Shown here piece after piece: positions 38,241 to 47,446 of a stretch of 64,000 nucleotides of DNA; positions within the stretch are counted from its first letter, which is position 1; every line of letters starts with the position of its first letter. Made by a program: the position numbers and the translations under genes. Source of the DNA: Candidatus Omnitrophota bacterium (lineage in GTDB: Bacteria; Omnitrophota; Omnitrophia; Omnitrophales; JACROU01); assembly GCA_029261035.1 (NCBI GenBank), contig JAJDCD010000008.1, positions 364,480-428,479 on the forward strand. The letters are read 5' to 3'. Under the pieces are notes generated by a model. It did no database searches, had not been told where the DNA came from, and worked only from the letters and a program-made list of their open reading frames with translations.

Positions 38241-41200
38241 TTAAAATTCAATTCTTTCCTCTTTCACAAACCATCCGTAAAACGCGGGTATCGCAAAAAG
38301 CGTTAAAAATGTTGACGAGACAAGTCCACCAATCACAACTATAGCTAAAGGTCTTTGAACCTCAGAGCCCGTCCCCGTTGAAAAGACAAGCGGAAGAAGC
38401 CCCAAACCTGTCGTAATGGCGGTCATTAAAACAGGCCGTAACCTATCTTGTGCGGCTTGCGTGCAAGCCTTAATCATTTCCATACCTTCTAGCCGCAATT
38501 GTGTAATGCGTGAGACTAAGACGAGTCCATTCCCCACAGCAATTCCAAACAACGCAATAAAGCCAACCGAGGAAGGCACAGACAGGTTGAGTCCCGTGAT
38601 AAACAATCCGATAAGGCCACCCACTAAGGCGAGGGGAATATTCAGCACAATTAAAAATGCTTTCGGGAGAGAATTAAATGTTGAGTATAAAAGCAATATA
38701 ACGAGACCAATCGTTATCGGGACAACAACCGAGAGTCTTTTGTTTGCTTTCTGCTGCAACTCAAAATCTCCGCCCCACTCCATGAGATATCCCGTAGGGA
38801 AAGTGACATTTTTCTTGATGACTTTTTGGCCTTCTTCAACAAAACCACCAATGTCACGACCTCTCACGTTGACTTGAACCACGATAAATCGTTGGTTGTT
38901 CTCTCGCGTAATCTGACGAGGGCCAACAACCTCTGTGATATTAGCAACCTGGCCTAGAGGTACATGCGCACCGCTAGGTGTTGCTAACAAAAGGCCTTCT
39001 ATGGCCTCCCTTGAAGATCTTGCTTCTTCTCGGTATCTCACGTAAATATCAAAGCGCTTAACGCCTTCAAACACCTGCCCGGCTTCTTCACCACCAACTG
39101 CTGCGCGAATGGTTTCTTGGACTTCCTGCATCGTTAATCCGTACTGTGCAATTCTGTTTGGATCAGGTGTAATCACAAGTTGAGGTGTTCCTGTAACTTG
39201 ATCTGCCTGCACGTCTTGCGCCCCACGAATTTCTTTAACAGCTGTCACAACTTCATCTGCAAGTCGCTTCAACTCAGAGATATTATCCCCATAAATTTTT
39301 ATTGCTAAATCAGCTCGAATTCCTTCAAGCATTTCATCAATCGTCATAGCAATAGGTTGCGTGAAACTCAAATTTACGCCAGGAAACTTCGACAACTTTT
39401 CACTCATGACCTGAAAAAGATCTTCTTGGTTCTTAGCGGTCTTCCACTCTTTTTTAGGTTTTAAGTTCACATACATTTCGGCACTATTAATAGGATCAGC
39501 ATGAGCGCCAACTTCGCCTCTTCCAACACGGCTCACGACTCGCGTGACTTCAGGGAACTTAAGGAGTTGCTTCTCAAGTAAGAAAGCTGTTTCTTTTGAT
39601 TCATTAAGAGAGATGGAAGGTGCCATCGTAGCTCTCACAACAAGTGTCCCTTCTTGCAATTCAGGTGTGAACTCTTTACCCAAAAAGGGAAAGACCACGA
39701 CTCCTAAAGCTGCAATGATCAGCGTGATGCAAAGCGTCATTTTCCGGTGTCCGACAAAATGCTTTAGAGGGGCTGCATAAACACCCTGCAATTTGTCAAT
39801 CATCTTCTCGCCGAATGATTTTTTTTGATGACCCTTCTGAGGTTGTTTCAAAATCATAGCGCTCAATGCCGGAACAAATGCAAGTGCATAGAGTAATGAA
39901 CCAAACATCGCCATCATGATGGTGATCGCGAGTGGCCGAAACGTCTTCCCTTCAACTCCTTGCAATGAAAGAAGCGGAAGAAACACAATTACGACGATTA
40001 ACACTGCAAACATAACCGGACGCCCCATCTCACGACAAGCGTCTGCGACTATTTTTATCTTTGAGTGTTTCTCAGCGCCCTCAGCGCTAAAATGACGATC
40101 ACAATTTTCAATCATAACAATGGACGCATCAACCATCATGCCAATTGCAATGGCAAGTCCACCAAGTGACATTAAGTTGGCCGATATGTTGTAATATTTC
40201 ATTAATATAAAAGTGAGAAGGACACTAAAAGCAATCGAACCCGCAACAATAAGCGAGCCTCTAACACCTCCGAGAAATAAGAACAAGACAAGAGCAACAA
40301 GAAATACGCCTTGAATAAGTGCGTTTGTTACCGTTTTGACACAGGCTTCAACCAAAGTTTTTTGGTCATAATAAGGAATGATTTTGACTCCCTCTGGCAA
40401 AGCCTCATTGATCTTCGCAAGTTTCTCTTCTACGCTCTTGATCACTGTAGAGGTATTGGTCCCAAATAATTTAATCACCATTCCAGCAACAACTTCCTCA
40501 GTTCCATTCAAAGTTTGAAGCCCACGCCGAATGGCTCCACCGATTTTGACATCAGCTACTTGCTTAAGGTAAATGCGGTTGTTGTCATTTAAGGCTTTGA
40601 CGACTATGTTTTCGAGATACTCCGCGTTTTTAATGAGCCCGATGGAACGAATAACATATTCTTCTTCTCCCTTTTCAATAAACTGAGCACCTACATTCAG
40701 GTTGTTCGCTTTAATCGCCTCAATGATTTCATGAAGCGTTAAGTCGTAGGCTAGTAGCTTCTCAGGATGAATAATCACTTGATACTGCCGCTCGTCCCCA
40801 CCAATCCCCAACACTTCGGTGACACCCGTGACGGTCTGCAAATTAAATTTAATCAGCCAGTCCTGGATCGTCCTCATTTCCTCGGGTGTTCGTGTTCCCG
40901 TTTCATCCTGGAGGTAATAAAACAAAATCAATCCTAAGCCTGTGGAGATAGGGCCAAGCTCAGGTTCTCCCATACCCTCGGGGATACTGTCGCGCGCCTC
41001 ACCAATTCTTTCTGATACAAGCTGCCTTGCCCAATAGATATCCGTACCGTCTTTAAAGTAAATATTGACTACCGAAAGACCAAAATTTGAGACAGAGCGA
41101 ATCTTCTCAACCGCTGGTAATCCGTTCATGGCGGTTTCAATCGGATAGGTCACCAACTGTTCAACTTCTTCCGGAGCAAGTCCTTCAGTTGTTGTGAACA

Positions 41201-41345
41201 CTTGAACAAGCGAAGGTGTCACGTCTGGAAAAGCATCAATGGGAAGTTTGTCGTAGGAATATTTTCCAAAAACACATATCACAATAAATGCAATAACGAT
41301 AAGAAGCCTATTTTTTAAAGAAAAATCTATAATTCGATCCGTCAT
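38241..41345 (-). CDS. czcA: CzcA-type heavy-metal RND efflux permease
   Basis: LPIDAFPDVT, GPISTGLG, GMMVDAS, RLRPVLMTA, GSEVQRPLA. Confidence 0.95.
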   Translation of the reverse strand: MTDRIIDFSLKNRLLIVIAFIVICVFGKYSYDKLPIDAFPDVTPSLVQVFTTTEGLAPEEVEQLVTYPIETAMNGLPAVEKIRSVSNFGLSVVNIYFKDGTDIYWARQLVSERIGEARDSIPEGMGEPELGPISTGLGLILFYYLQDETGTRTPEEMRTIQDWLIKFNLQTVTGVTEVLGIGGDERQYQVIIHPEKLLAYDLTLHEIIEAIKANNLNVGAQFIEKGEEEYVIRSIGLIKNAEYLENIVVKALNDNNRIYLKQVADVKIGGAIRRGLQTLNGTEEVVAGMVIKLFGTNTSTVIKSVEEKLAKINEALPEGVKIIPYYDQKTLVEACVKTVTNALIQGVFLVALVLFLFLGGVRGSLIVAGSIAFSVLLTFILMKYYNISANLMSLGGLAIAIGMMVDASIVMIENCDRHFSAEGAEKHSKIKIVADACREMGRPVMFAVLIVVIVFLPLLSLQGVEGKTFRPLAITIMMAMFGSLLYALAFVPALSAMILKQPQKGHQKKSFGEKMIDKLQGVYAAPLKHFVGHRKMTLCITLIIAALGVVVFPFLGKEFTPELQEGTLVVRATMAPSISLNESKETAFLLEKQLLKFPEVTRVVSRVGRGEVGAHADPINSAEMYVNLKPKKEWKTAKNQEDLFQVMSEKLSKFPGVNLSFTQPIAMTIDEMLEGIRADLAIKIYGDNISELKRLADEVVTAVKEIRGAQDVQADQVTGTPQLVITPDPNRIAQYGLTMQEVQETIRAAVGGEEAGQVFEGVKRFDIYVRYREEARSSREAIEGLLLATPSGAHVPLGQVANITEVVGPRQITRENNQRFIVVQVNVRGRDIGGFVEEGQKVIKKNVTFPTGYLMEWGGDFELQQKANKRLSVVVPITIGLVILLLYSTFNSLPKAFLIVLNIPLALVGGLIGLFITGLNLSVPSSVGFIALFGIAVGNGLVLVSRITQLRLEGMEMIKACTQAAQDRLRPVLMTAITTGLGLLPLVFSTGTGSEVQRPLAIVVIGGLVSSTFLTLFAIPAFYGWFVKEERIEF

Positions 41346-41382
41346 ACGTTATCTCCTTTTTCTCAAGTCTTTATGAATAAAT

Positions 41383-42372
41383 TTAATGACCGTGGCCATC
41401 GCCAAACGATGCCTTCTCTCGCTCTGACTTGAGATTAAAACTCCCATGCACAACAACGTGTTCTCCTTCACTCAGGCCCGATTTGACTTCAACTGCGTCA
41501 CCAACGGCATGCCCGAGCACAACCTCTCTGATTTCGATTTCATCCTTTTCTTGAGGAACAAAAACAACATTTTCGTTATTAACTAATTGGATCGCTGATT
41601 TCGGCACAATAAGACTTTCCCGATCTGTGTGATAAATCAGTGCCCCAGAAATCGACATCCCGAGTTTTAAGAGATGCTCCGAGTTATCCACATCCACGCG
41701 AACCTTAATGGATTTTGATTCGTCATCAATTTCAGGTGAAATGAAAACAACTTTTCCATGAAATAGAGTCTCGGGATAAGCAATAGACATCACTTCGACT
41801 TGCTGACCAATTTTTACAAATCTCAAGTCTCTCTCATAGATATCAATAGTGGCTCGCAAAGTATCCAGATTTACAATGCTCACCAGGGATTTTAAGCGGT
41901 CAACTTTATCGCCTTTCTTAACATAGATTGAAATGATTGTGCCATGCTCAGCTGACTTAATACTTTCAGTAACTCCATCTGGTTGCCTAATGGTTAAAAG
42001 ATCAGACCCCTCGTCAACGATATCTCCCAGGGCAATATGAACGGTTTCAACAACTCCTCCATTTGCATAAGTAATATGTGAATACTGCTCCGTGTCCTTC
42101 GCAACTTTTCCATAGACTTTCAAACGGTCCCCGAAGGTTTTCTTTTGCACTTTGATTGTCTGAAGGCCAATCATCTCGCGTGCTTCTGCATCAAGCTCCA
42201 TACTATTTTCTTCATGATGTTCACCTTCTTCTCCGTGATCATCATGCTTTTGCTCACTGACCTCCTCACGCTTCGAGTGATCGTGATCATGTTCCTCTTC
42301 TGCGAATCCAAGACCAGAAGCTGACAACATCACTAAAACTGAAAACAATAAAACCAAATAACGCTTATCCAT
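41383..42372 (-). CDS. czcB: CzcB-type periplasmic adaptor with His-rich N-terminus
   Basis: Signal peptide, HDHDH tract, MFP motifs, terminal GHGH. Confidence 0.88.
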   Translation of the reverse strand: MDKRYLVLLFSVLVMLSASGLGFAEEEHDHDHSKREEVSEQKHDDHGEEGEHHEENSMELDAEAREMIGLQTIKVQKKTFGDRLKVYGKVAKDTEQYSHITYANGGVVETVHIALGDIVDEGSDLLTIRQPDGVTESIKSAEHGTIISIYVKKGDKVDRLKSLVSIVNLDTLRATIDIYERDLRFVKIGQQVEVMSIAYPETLFHGKVVFISPEIDDESKSIKVRVDVDNSEHLLKLGMSISGALIYHTDRESLIVPKSAIQLVNNENVVFVPQEKDEIEIREVVLGHAVGDAVEVKSGLSEGEHVVVHGSFNLKSEREKASFGDGHGH

Positions 42373-43648
42373 TTTTTTCTCCTTCGCCTTGTCCCTCGTG
42401 AGGAATAGGGGTAGATTGAATAGCTCTTTCAAGCGCAGCCACTCTTGTCATGTAATTTCTTAAAGCCTCGAGGTAAGCAACTCTTGTTTGCTTAATCGTT
42501 TTCATACTGTCTAAGTAGGAGATGAATGTCATCTGACCCTCTTGATACTGCGTTGTAATTTGTCTTAATAGCTCGTTGGATTCCTCAAGCGTTTTTTGTT
42601 GAATCTGGACTTGCTTATCACCGAGCTCTGCTTCGAGAAACGCTGTATAGACATCAAGACCGACTTCATTTTTAAAAGCTTCCAACTTTATCTCTTGAAT
42701 TTTCTTTTCAGCTTTCGCCTCTTTCACTTCACCGAGATTAAAACCCCAAAGCGGATAAGACGCCTCGATCAGGAGAGCTGTATCATTTTCGTATTCCACT
42801 GTTGTTCGCTCAACGCCAACCGCCATCTCAGGCAAAAACACTTTTAAAAGTGCTCGCCACAATCCTTTCTTCTTGGTACGAAGTTTAATCTCTTCCTGCT
42901 TCAAATCTGCACGTTGTAGGAGAGCATCTGCTTTAATCAATGCGTATTTATAATTCAACGCTTCATAACTTAACTCATCAGAAAGAACAAACGCCTCTTC
43001 AGCAACACGACCCAATGCTAGGTTGAATTCTCCTTGTGATACTTTCAGGTCTTTCTCTGCGATCAATAAGTTATTTTCAGCACTCGAGAGCTCGATACGC
43101 GCTCTTATAACATCGCTTTTAAGCCCCTTACCCGATTGATATCTTGTTTCAACTTTGGTAAAGAAATTCCTCGTCACATTCAAATTATCTTCAGCGACCT
43201 CCAAGGCCTGTTCTTGCGCAAGAATCGTAGAATAGAGCTCAATAATGTTTTCACGCACTTCAGCCCATGCAAGTTCAATATCTTTTTTAGCAATTCGAAC
43301 TCCATCTTTCGCCATGCTTGCGCCTAAGAATCTGGTTCCCAAAGCATCAAGCGGCTGTTTAATTGAGAAAGAATCGACGGAGCCCTTCCTTGAGCCTTCT
43401 GATTTTTTAAGCCCACCAACCTCAAACCCAACTTCAGGATTTGGTAGAGCTTCGCTTTGAATCCATCTTCCTTTGGAAGCCTTCACTTCTTCACGGGCCA
43501 CAATCATTCGGGGGTTATTCTGGTAAGCTAACCTTAAGGCTCCCTCCAATGAGACAGAGGACGCCCCAGCACTTTCAGCTCTTGCAATGAAAGCATTTGA
43601 ACAAATACAGATAAATAGAAACAAATATATATTTAATTTTCTTGCCAT
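42365..43648 (-). CDS. czcC: CzcC/TolC outer-membrane efflux protein
   Basis: A...NP, LPNPE and OEP pattern; upstream of czcBA. Confidence 0.88.
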   Translation of the reverse strand: MARKLNIYLFLFICICSNAFIARAESAGASSVSLEGALRLAYQNNPRMIVAREEVKASKGRWIQSEALPNPEVGFEVGGLKKSEGSRKGSVDSFSIKQPLDALGTRFLGASMAKDGVRIAKKDIELAWAEVRENIIELYSTILAQEQALEVAEDNLNVTRNFFTKVETRYQSGKGLKSDVIRARIELSSAENNLLIAEKDLKVSQGEFNLALGRVAEEAFVLSDELSYEALNYKYALIKADALLQRADLKQEEIKLRTKKKGLWRALLKVFLPEMAVGVERTTVEYENDTALLIEASYPLWGFNLGEVKEAKAEKKIQEIKLEAFKNEVGLDVYTAFLEAELGDKQVQIQQKTLEESNELLRQITTQYQEGQMTFISYLDSMKTIKQTRVAYLEALRNYMTRVAALERAIQSTPIPHEGQGEGEKNG

Positions 43649-43704
43649 GATAAATATCCAATAGTTTAAGAGGTTAAGGTTTTGGACAGACTACGAGCGT
43701 GAGC

Positions 43705-44016
43705 TCAGGCAAGAAGGAGAGGTGGGCGGAAAATCGATCCAAGAGGTGGATCGGGACTCTCTGAGAGAGAGTGGATAACAGATCCTAAAGATGGAAGCGA
43801 TTGACCTACGTCCATTGACGTGGAACCGACATTCCAAAGATGATGAGAAGAACAGCAAATGAAATCACAGTGGGCACCACCCTCTTTAGCTACATCAGAA
43901 GAGTTGCAGCCATCCATCTGAGCTAAAGCAGGTTCAATAGCAACGCAATTGACAATCCCAAAAAGGGCGACCAAAGCAATAAGAGTGATGGGTAGTCGTT
44001 TCATTTTAATCATCAT
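43705..44016 (-). CDS. CzcI/DUF2946-like leader protein ending SIFRPP
   Basis: Signal peptide, HCxxxCCxxHH, DPP.GSIFRPP; TTGACA-17-TAAACT promoter just upstream. Confidence 0.7.
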   Translation of the reverse strand: MMIKMKRLPITLIALVALFGIVNCVAIEPALAQMDGCNSSDVAKEGGAHCDFICCSSHHLWNVGSTSMDVGQSLPSLGSVIHSLSESPDPPLGSIFRPPLLLA

Positions 44017-44229
44017 TCAGAAGTTTATCATTCAGATACAAGAGTGTCAATTAATTACCCTTGTCAATTACCCTGTTTCAAAGGGCATTTAACTGTGCCA
44101 TAAGAGCAAAAGACACAACACTCACCTGGCGCCGTTTTTAAACATCACCCTATATTGCGTACAAGTATAAAAATACCGATTCATTGAGAGGCGCCAGCAC
44201 CCTTTTATGCAACTTTGTTCACCATTCAA

Positions 44230-44685
44230 TTAAGATTCAAAGGGTGAAAGGTCTCCGGGCTTTCTGAGCATTTTATTGACTTCATCTTGATGAAGCTCTT
44301 CAGCATAAATCATTTCGCGCGCATATTCTTCAAGCGTAATGGACTTTCCTTGAACCAATTCAAGAAGCTTATAGTAACTCTCTACGGATAACTTCTCATG
44401 CTCAAGGCTTTCCCTCAAAATATCTCCGATATCATGTTTTTCCGTTTCGAGGAGCTTCCCGATTTTAAGCGAGGGGTGTCCTCCCATCATCGTCGCTAAT
44501 TCGCCCGCCTTATGCGCGTGCGCCAGTCCTTCACTTGCAACCCCTTTGAGCCAACTCACGATAGGAATGCGGTTGTATCCGTACACCATCAAAGAATAAT
44601 GCGTGTATCGAACCACGCCCGCTAATTCAAGTTCCATGATTTCATTCAGGATTTCAATCGCTTTTTTCTTCTCTTCATTGTTCAT
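44230..44685 (-). CDS. Ferritin/bacterioferritin-like protein
   Basis: LNEIMELELAGVVRYTHYS, E..HA, LEHE, EELH. Confidence 0.85.
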   Translation of the reverse strand: MNNEEKKKAIEILNEIMELELAGVVRYTHYSLMVYGYNRIPIVSWLKGVASEGLAHAHKAGELATMMGGHPSLKIGKLLETEKHDIGDILRESLEHEKLSVESYYKLLELVQGKSITLEEYAREMIYAEELHQDEVNKMLRKPGDLSPFES

Positions 44686-44735
44686 ATATTATCTGTCTCC
44701 CCTAGCTTATCGATAACAATCTTTTCAATATGGCA

Positions 44736-45575
44736 TCAGGCAGCTTGAACCTTTAACTCGACAGCGTTACTTCTCTTTCGGAGAAAAAACGGCATAGCTG
44801 CAAGATACCCAAAATAAAAAAGCACCTCCGTTAACGAAGGGTTCCCATTATAACCGAAAAGAGCTTTAAGAAAAGAACCTAGGCCCTCCTTCTCATTAAG
44901 AATGTGGTTGATATTCCAGACAGGGTAAACAACCTGCGGGATAATCCCCACTTCCTCAAGTTCGTGAATCCCGTAAGCTAGCAACCCTGCTGAAACCAAA
45001 AGAAGGAAAAATCCTGTTGAGCTGAACAGTGCCCGCAAAGGAATTTTTTTTCCAAGAGAAAACAAAGCTACGGTCACGACTGCGGCCGCTGTGAATCCCG
45101 AAGCACCTCCCCAAAAAGAGACGGCGCCCGAACCTTGATTTGCAATCGCACTCAAAAACAAAACCGTTTCGGCTCCTTCCCGAAAAATAGCAAGAAATGG
45201 CAGTGCCATTAACGTCAATAATTCACCTTGCGTAACCGCCGCTTCTACTTTCATTTCAATTTCAGGGCGAATTCGCTTCGCCTGACGATCCATCCAAAAA
45301 ATCATATAGGTTAAGACTCCGCAAGCCGCAAGAGAAATCACGCCTTCAATGATTTTTTCCACGGCGCCCTGAGCGGAACTGAGAATATTAAGAATAAGGA
45401 GGCCCGCAGCAATACTTGTAAGAACTCCTGCCAAACTACTCATGAGTATATGCGGGATATAACGCTTCTGTCCCAATCTAAAGAGGACTGTCAAAATAAT
45501 TCCGAGAATCAAACCAGCTTCCAGAGATTCACGAAAAACAACTAAAAACGTAGCTAATATCGATCCTTCATTCAT
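44736..45575 (-). CDS. FTR1/EfeU-family iron permease
   Basis: Two RExxE motifs (FRESLEA, FREGAET). Confidence 0.92.
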   Translation of the reverse strand: MNEGSILATFLVVFRESLEAGLILGIILTVLFRLGQKRYIPHILMSSLAGVLTSIAAGLLILNILSSAQGAVEKIIEGVISLAACGVLTYMIFWMDRQAKRIRPEIEMKVEAAVTQGELLTLMALPFLAIFREGAETVLFLSAIANQGSGAVSFWGGASGFTAAAVVTVALFSLGKKIPLRALFSSTGFFLLLVSAGLLAYGIHELEEVGIIPQVVYPVWNINHILNEKEGLGSFLKALFGYNGNPSLTEVLFYFGYLAAMPFFLRKRSNAVELKVQAA

Positions 45576-45601
45576 AATAATAATTATCCTTTTTCTATGG
45601 T

Positions 45602-46246
45602 TTATTGACGGCTTTCATTTTCGAGAACAAATCGAACCGGAATCTCAATCGTGCTCTTGACCGGCATTCCAGCAACATGAGCCGGCTTAAAATGCCAGTT
45701 TCTCACGGCACGCACCGCCGCTTGATCTAATATTTTTTGTCCGGAACTTATGCTAATTTTGACACTTTCAGCGCGACCTTCTGGAGACACGCGAACATTT
45801 AAGTGAACGGTGCCCTCCCATCCGCGAAGTCTGGCAAGATGCGGATATTGCGGAGCTTTATTTTTCTGGCCGTCAGGCACGGCTTTTGTCAAAGCCCCTT
45901 GAATAGGAGAACTTAACACCTGGGGCATAGGCTCTTCTTTTAGAGGTTTAGCTTCTTCAGTTTTCGGCTTCGGCTGGTCCTCGACAGATTCAATAACCTC
46001 CGGAGTCAAAACCGGGTTCTCCTTTTTAATATTCAAAACAGCTTCCTCTTTGACTTTTTCAGTCTTCGGAGGTGCCAGTTTTTCCTGAACCATAACGATC
46101 TCAACACTGTTAGGGGCACTCTTGACATTGTATTGCGGCGAAAGACTCCCCCAACCGTTTAAACCAAAAGTCAAGCCATGAAGGAGTAATGAACCCCCTA
46201 AAACTGGAATCAAAAAATTCTTTTCGTATGAAAATCGTACTTTCAC
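45602..46246 (-). CDS. tonB: TonB energy transducer
   Basis: TM with SxxLH; YP..AR..GWEG.V...SSG...LD.AA. Confidence 0.9.
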   Translation of the reverse strand: MKVRFSYEKNFLIPVLGGSLLLHGLTFGLNGWGSLSPQYNVKSAPNSVEIVMVQEKLAPPKTEKVKEEAVLNIKKENPVLTPEVIESVEDQPKPKTEEAKPLKEEPMPQVLSSPIQGALTKAVPDGQKNKAPQYPHLARLRGWEGTVHLNVRVSPEGRAESVKISISSGQKILDQAAVRAVRNWHFKPAHVAGMPVKSTIEIPVRFVLENESRQ

Positions 46247-46261
46247 TCCCAGACTCCTGAG

Positions 46262-46669
46262 TTATTCATCAGCCGCCTCATGCACGATATGAATCCGTGA
46301 TGCCCCTGCAAGGCGAAGTTGATTCATCACACTGACAAAAACACTATAGGGCATGTCTTTATCCCCCTTCACATGAACAGCAGGTTCATCCGGCGTTTTC
46401 TGCATAAGATTTTTTAAACTTGATTGCAAATTATCAAGATTAACCTGATTTCCATTTAAGGACAATTCGCCATCTTTTGCAGCGCTAACCACGATAGCTT
46501 CAGGAATCGTTTTATCGATGGTTGCCATAGCTTGCGGTAATTTAAGCTCCATACTCGGTTTTAAAAACGACGAACTTAACATAAAGAAAATAAGCAAAAG
46601 AAAAATGACATCAATCAAGGGTGCCATATCAAGTCCGATGGCTGATTTCCTGGGGCGCATAAATTCCAT
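46262..46669 (-). CDS. exbD: ExbD biopolymer transporter
   Basis: APLIDVIFLLLIFFM. Confidence 0.93.
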   Translation of the reverse strand: MEFMRPRKSAIGLDMAPLIDVIFLLLIFFMLSSSFLKPSMELKLPQAMATIDKTIPEAIVVSAAKDGELSLNGNQVNLDNLQSSLKNLMQKTPDEPAVHVKGDKDMPYSVFVSVMNQLRLAGASRIHIVHEAADE

Positions 46670-47355
46670 CAGTGAACACCCTCTAGAACTTCTTCTTCAG
46701 GTTTGGCTGTTGGAGCGAGTTCTTCACCGCTTGTCCTTTTCTTGAAGAACTCATCAAGATCTGTGATAAACGTTTTCATCCGAAGACAAATATCATCAGC
46801 GAAGCTCTCAAAGACATGATGAAAGGCCATGCAGGGAATAGCTATCATCAAGCCGAAGACGGTCGTTAAAAGTGCTTCCCAAATACCACCGGCTAAATCC
46901 GATGGCTGGACACTTCCGCCTAAAAGCTCAATTTGATGAAAAGCACTGACCAGCCCCGTGACGGTACCGAGCAAACCGAGCAAAGGAGCAATATGGGTAA
47001 TCGCAGAGAGTATTCTGAAATTCTTTTCAACTTTTTTAAGGGCCAGGGAACCGTCTCTTTTAATGAGATCCGCCCTCAATTCATCGCATGAGATATTTTT
47101 GAGATAACTGGCAACTAAACGCGGCACAGGATGGGCAATTTTACGGCAATGCTTTTGCGCTTCGGTTACCTCTCCCCGTCTCAGCATTCCAAAGAGCTTT
47201 TCCCTAAACCGTTTTTCTGAAAACCGGATCCTGAAAAAATAAAGCGATCTTTCAAAAATAACGGCCGCCCCGACCACCGAACAAAACAACAAAGGCCACA
47301 TCACAAAACTACCGCGATTAAATATTTCGGTTAATGTTTGATCCCAAAGCATCAT
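46669..47355 (-). CDS. exbB: ExbB/MotA/TolQ proton channel
   Basis: APLLGLLGTVTG, LAGGIWEALLTT.FGL. Confidence 0.93.
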   Translation of the reverse strand: MMLWDQTLTEIFNRGSFVMWPLLFCSVVGAAVIFERSLYFFRIRFSEKRFREKLFGMLRRGEVTEAQKHCRKIAHPVPRLVASYLKNISCDELRADLIKRDGSLALKKVEKNFRILSAITHIAPLLGLLGTVTGLVSAFHQIELLGGSVQPSDLAGGIWEALLTTVFGLMIAIPCMAFHHVFESFADDICLRMKTFITDLDEFFKKRTSGEELAPTAKPEEEVLEGVH

Positions 47356-47446
47356 GATTGAACCACCTCACAGGCCAAGAAACGGAAACCTTGCGATTTT
47401 TCGATCCTTGGCATTATTATTTTAATAAATACATAACCAGCGTTCA

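Noticed and set aside
44045-44200. Riboswitch between the ferritin-like gene and czc leader (CTGGCGCC/GGCGCCAG arms, repeated GTCAATTA)
   Set aside because: Only an 8-bp IR; it lies upstream of the apparent -35 and matches no riboswitch consensus I can recognise
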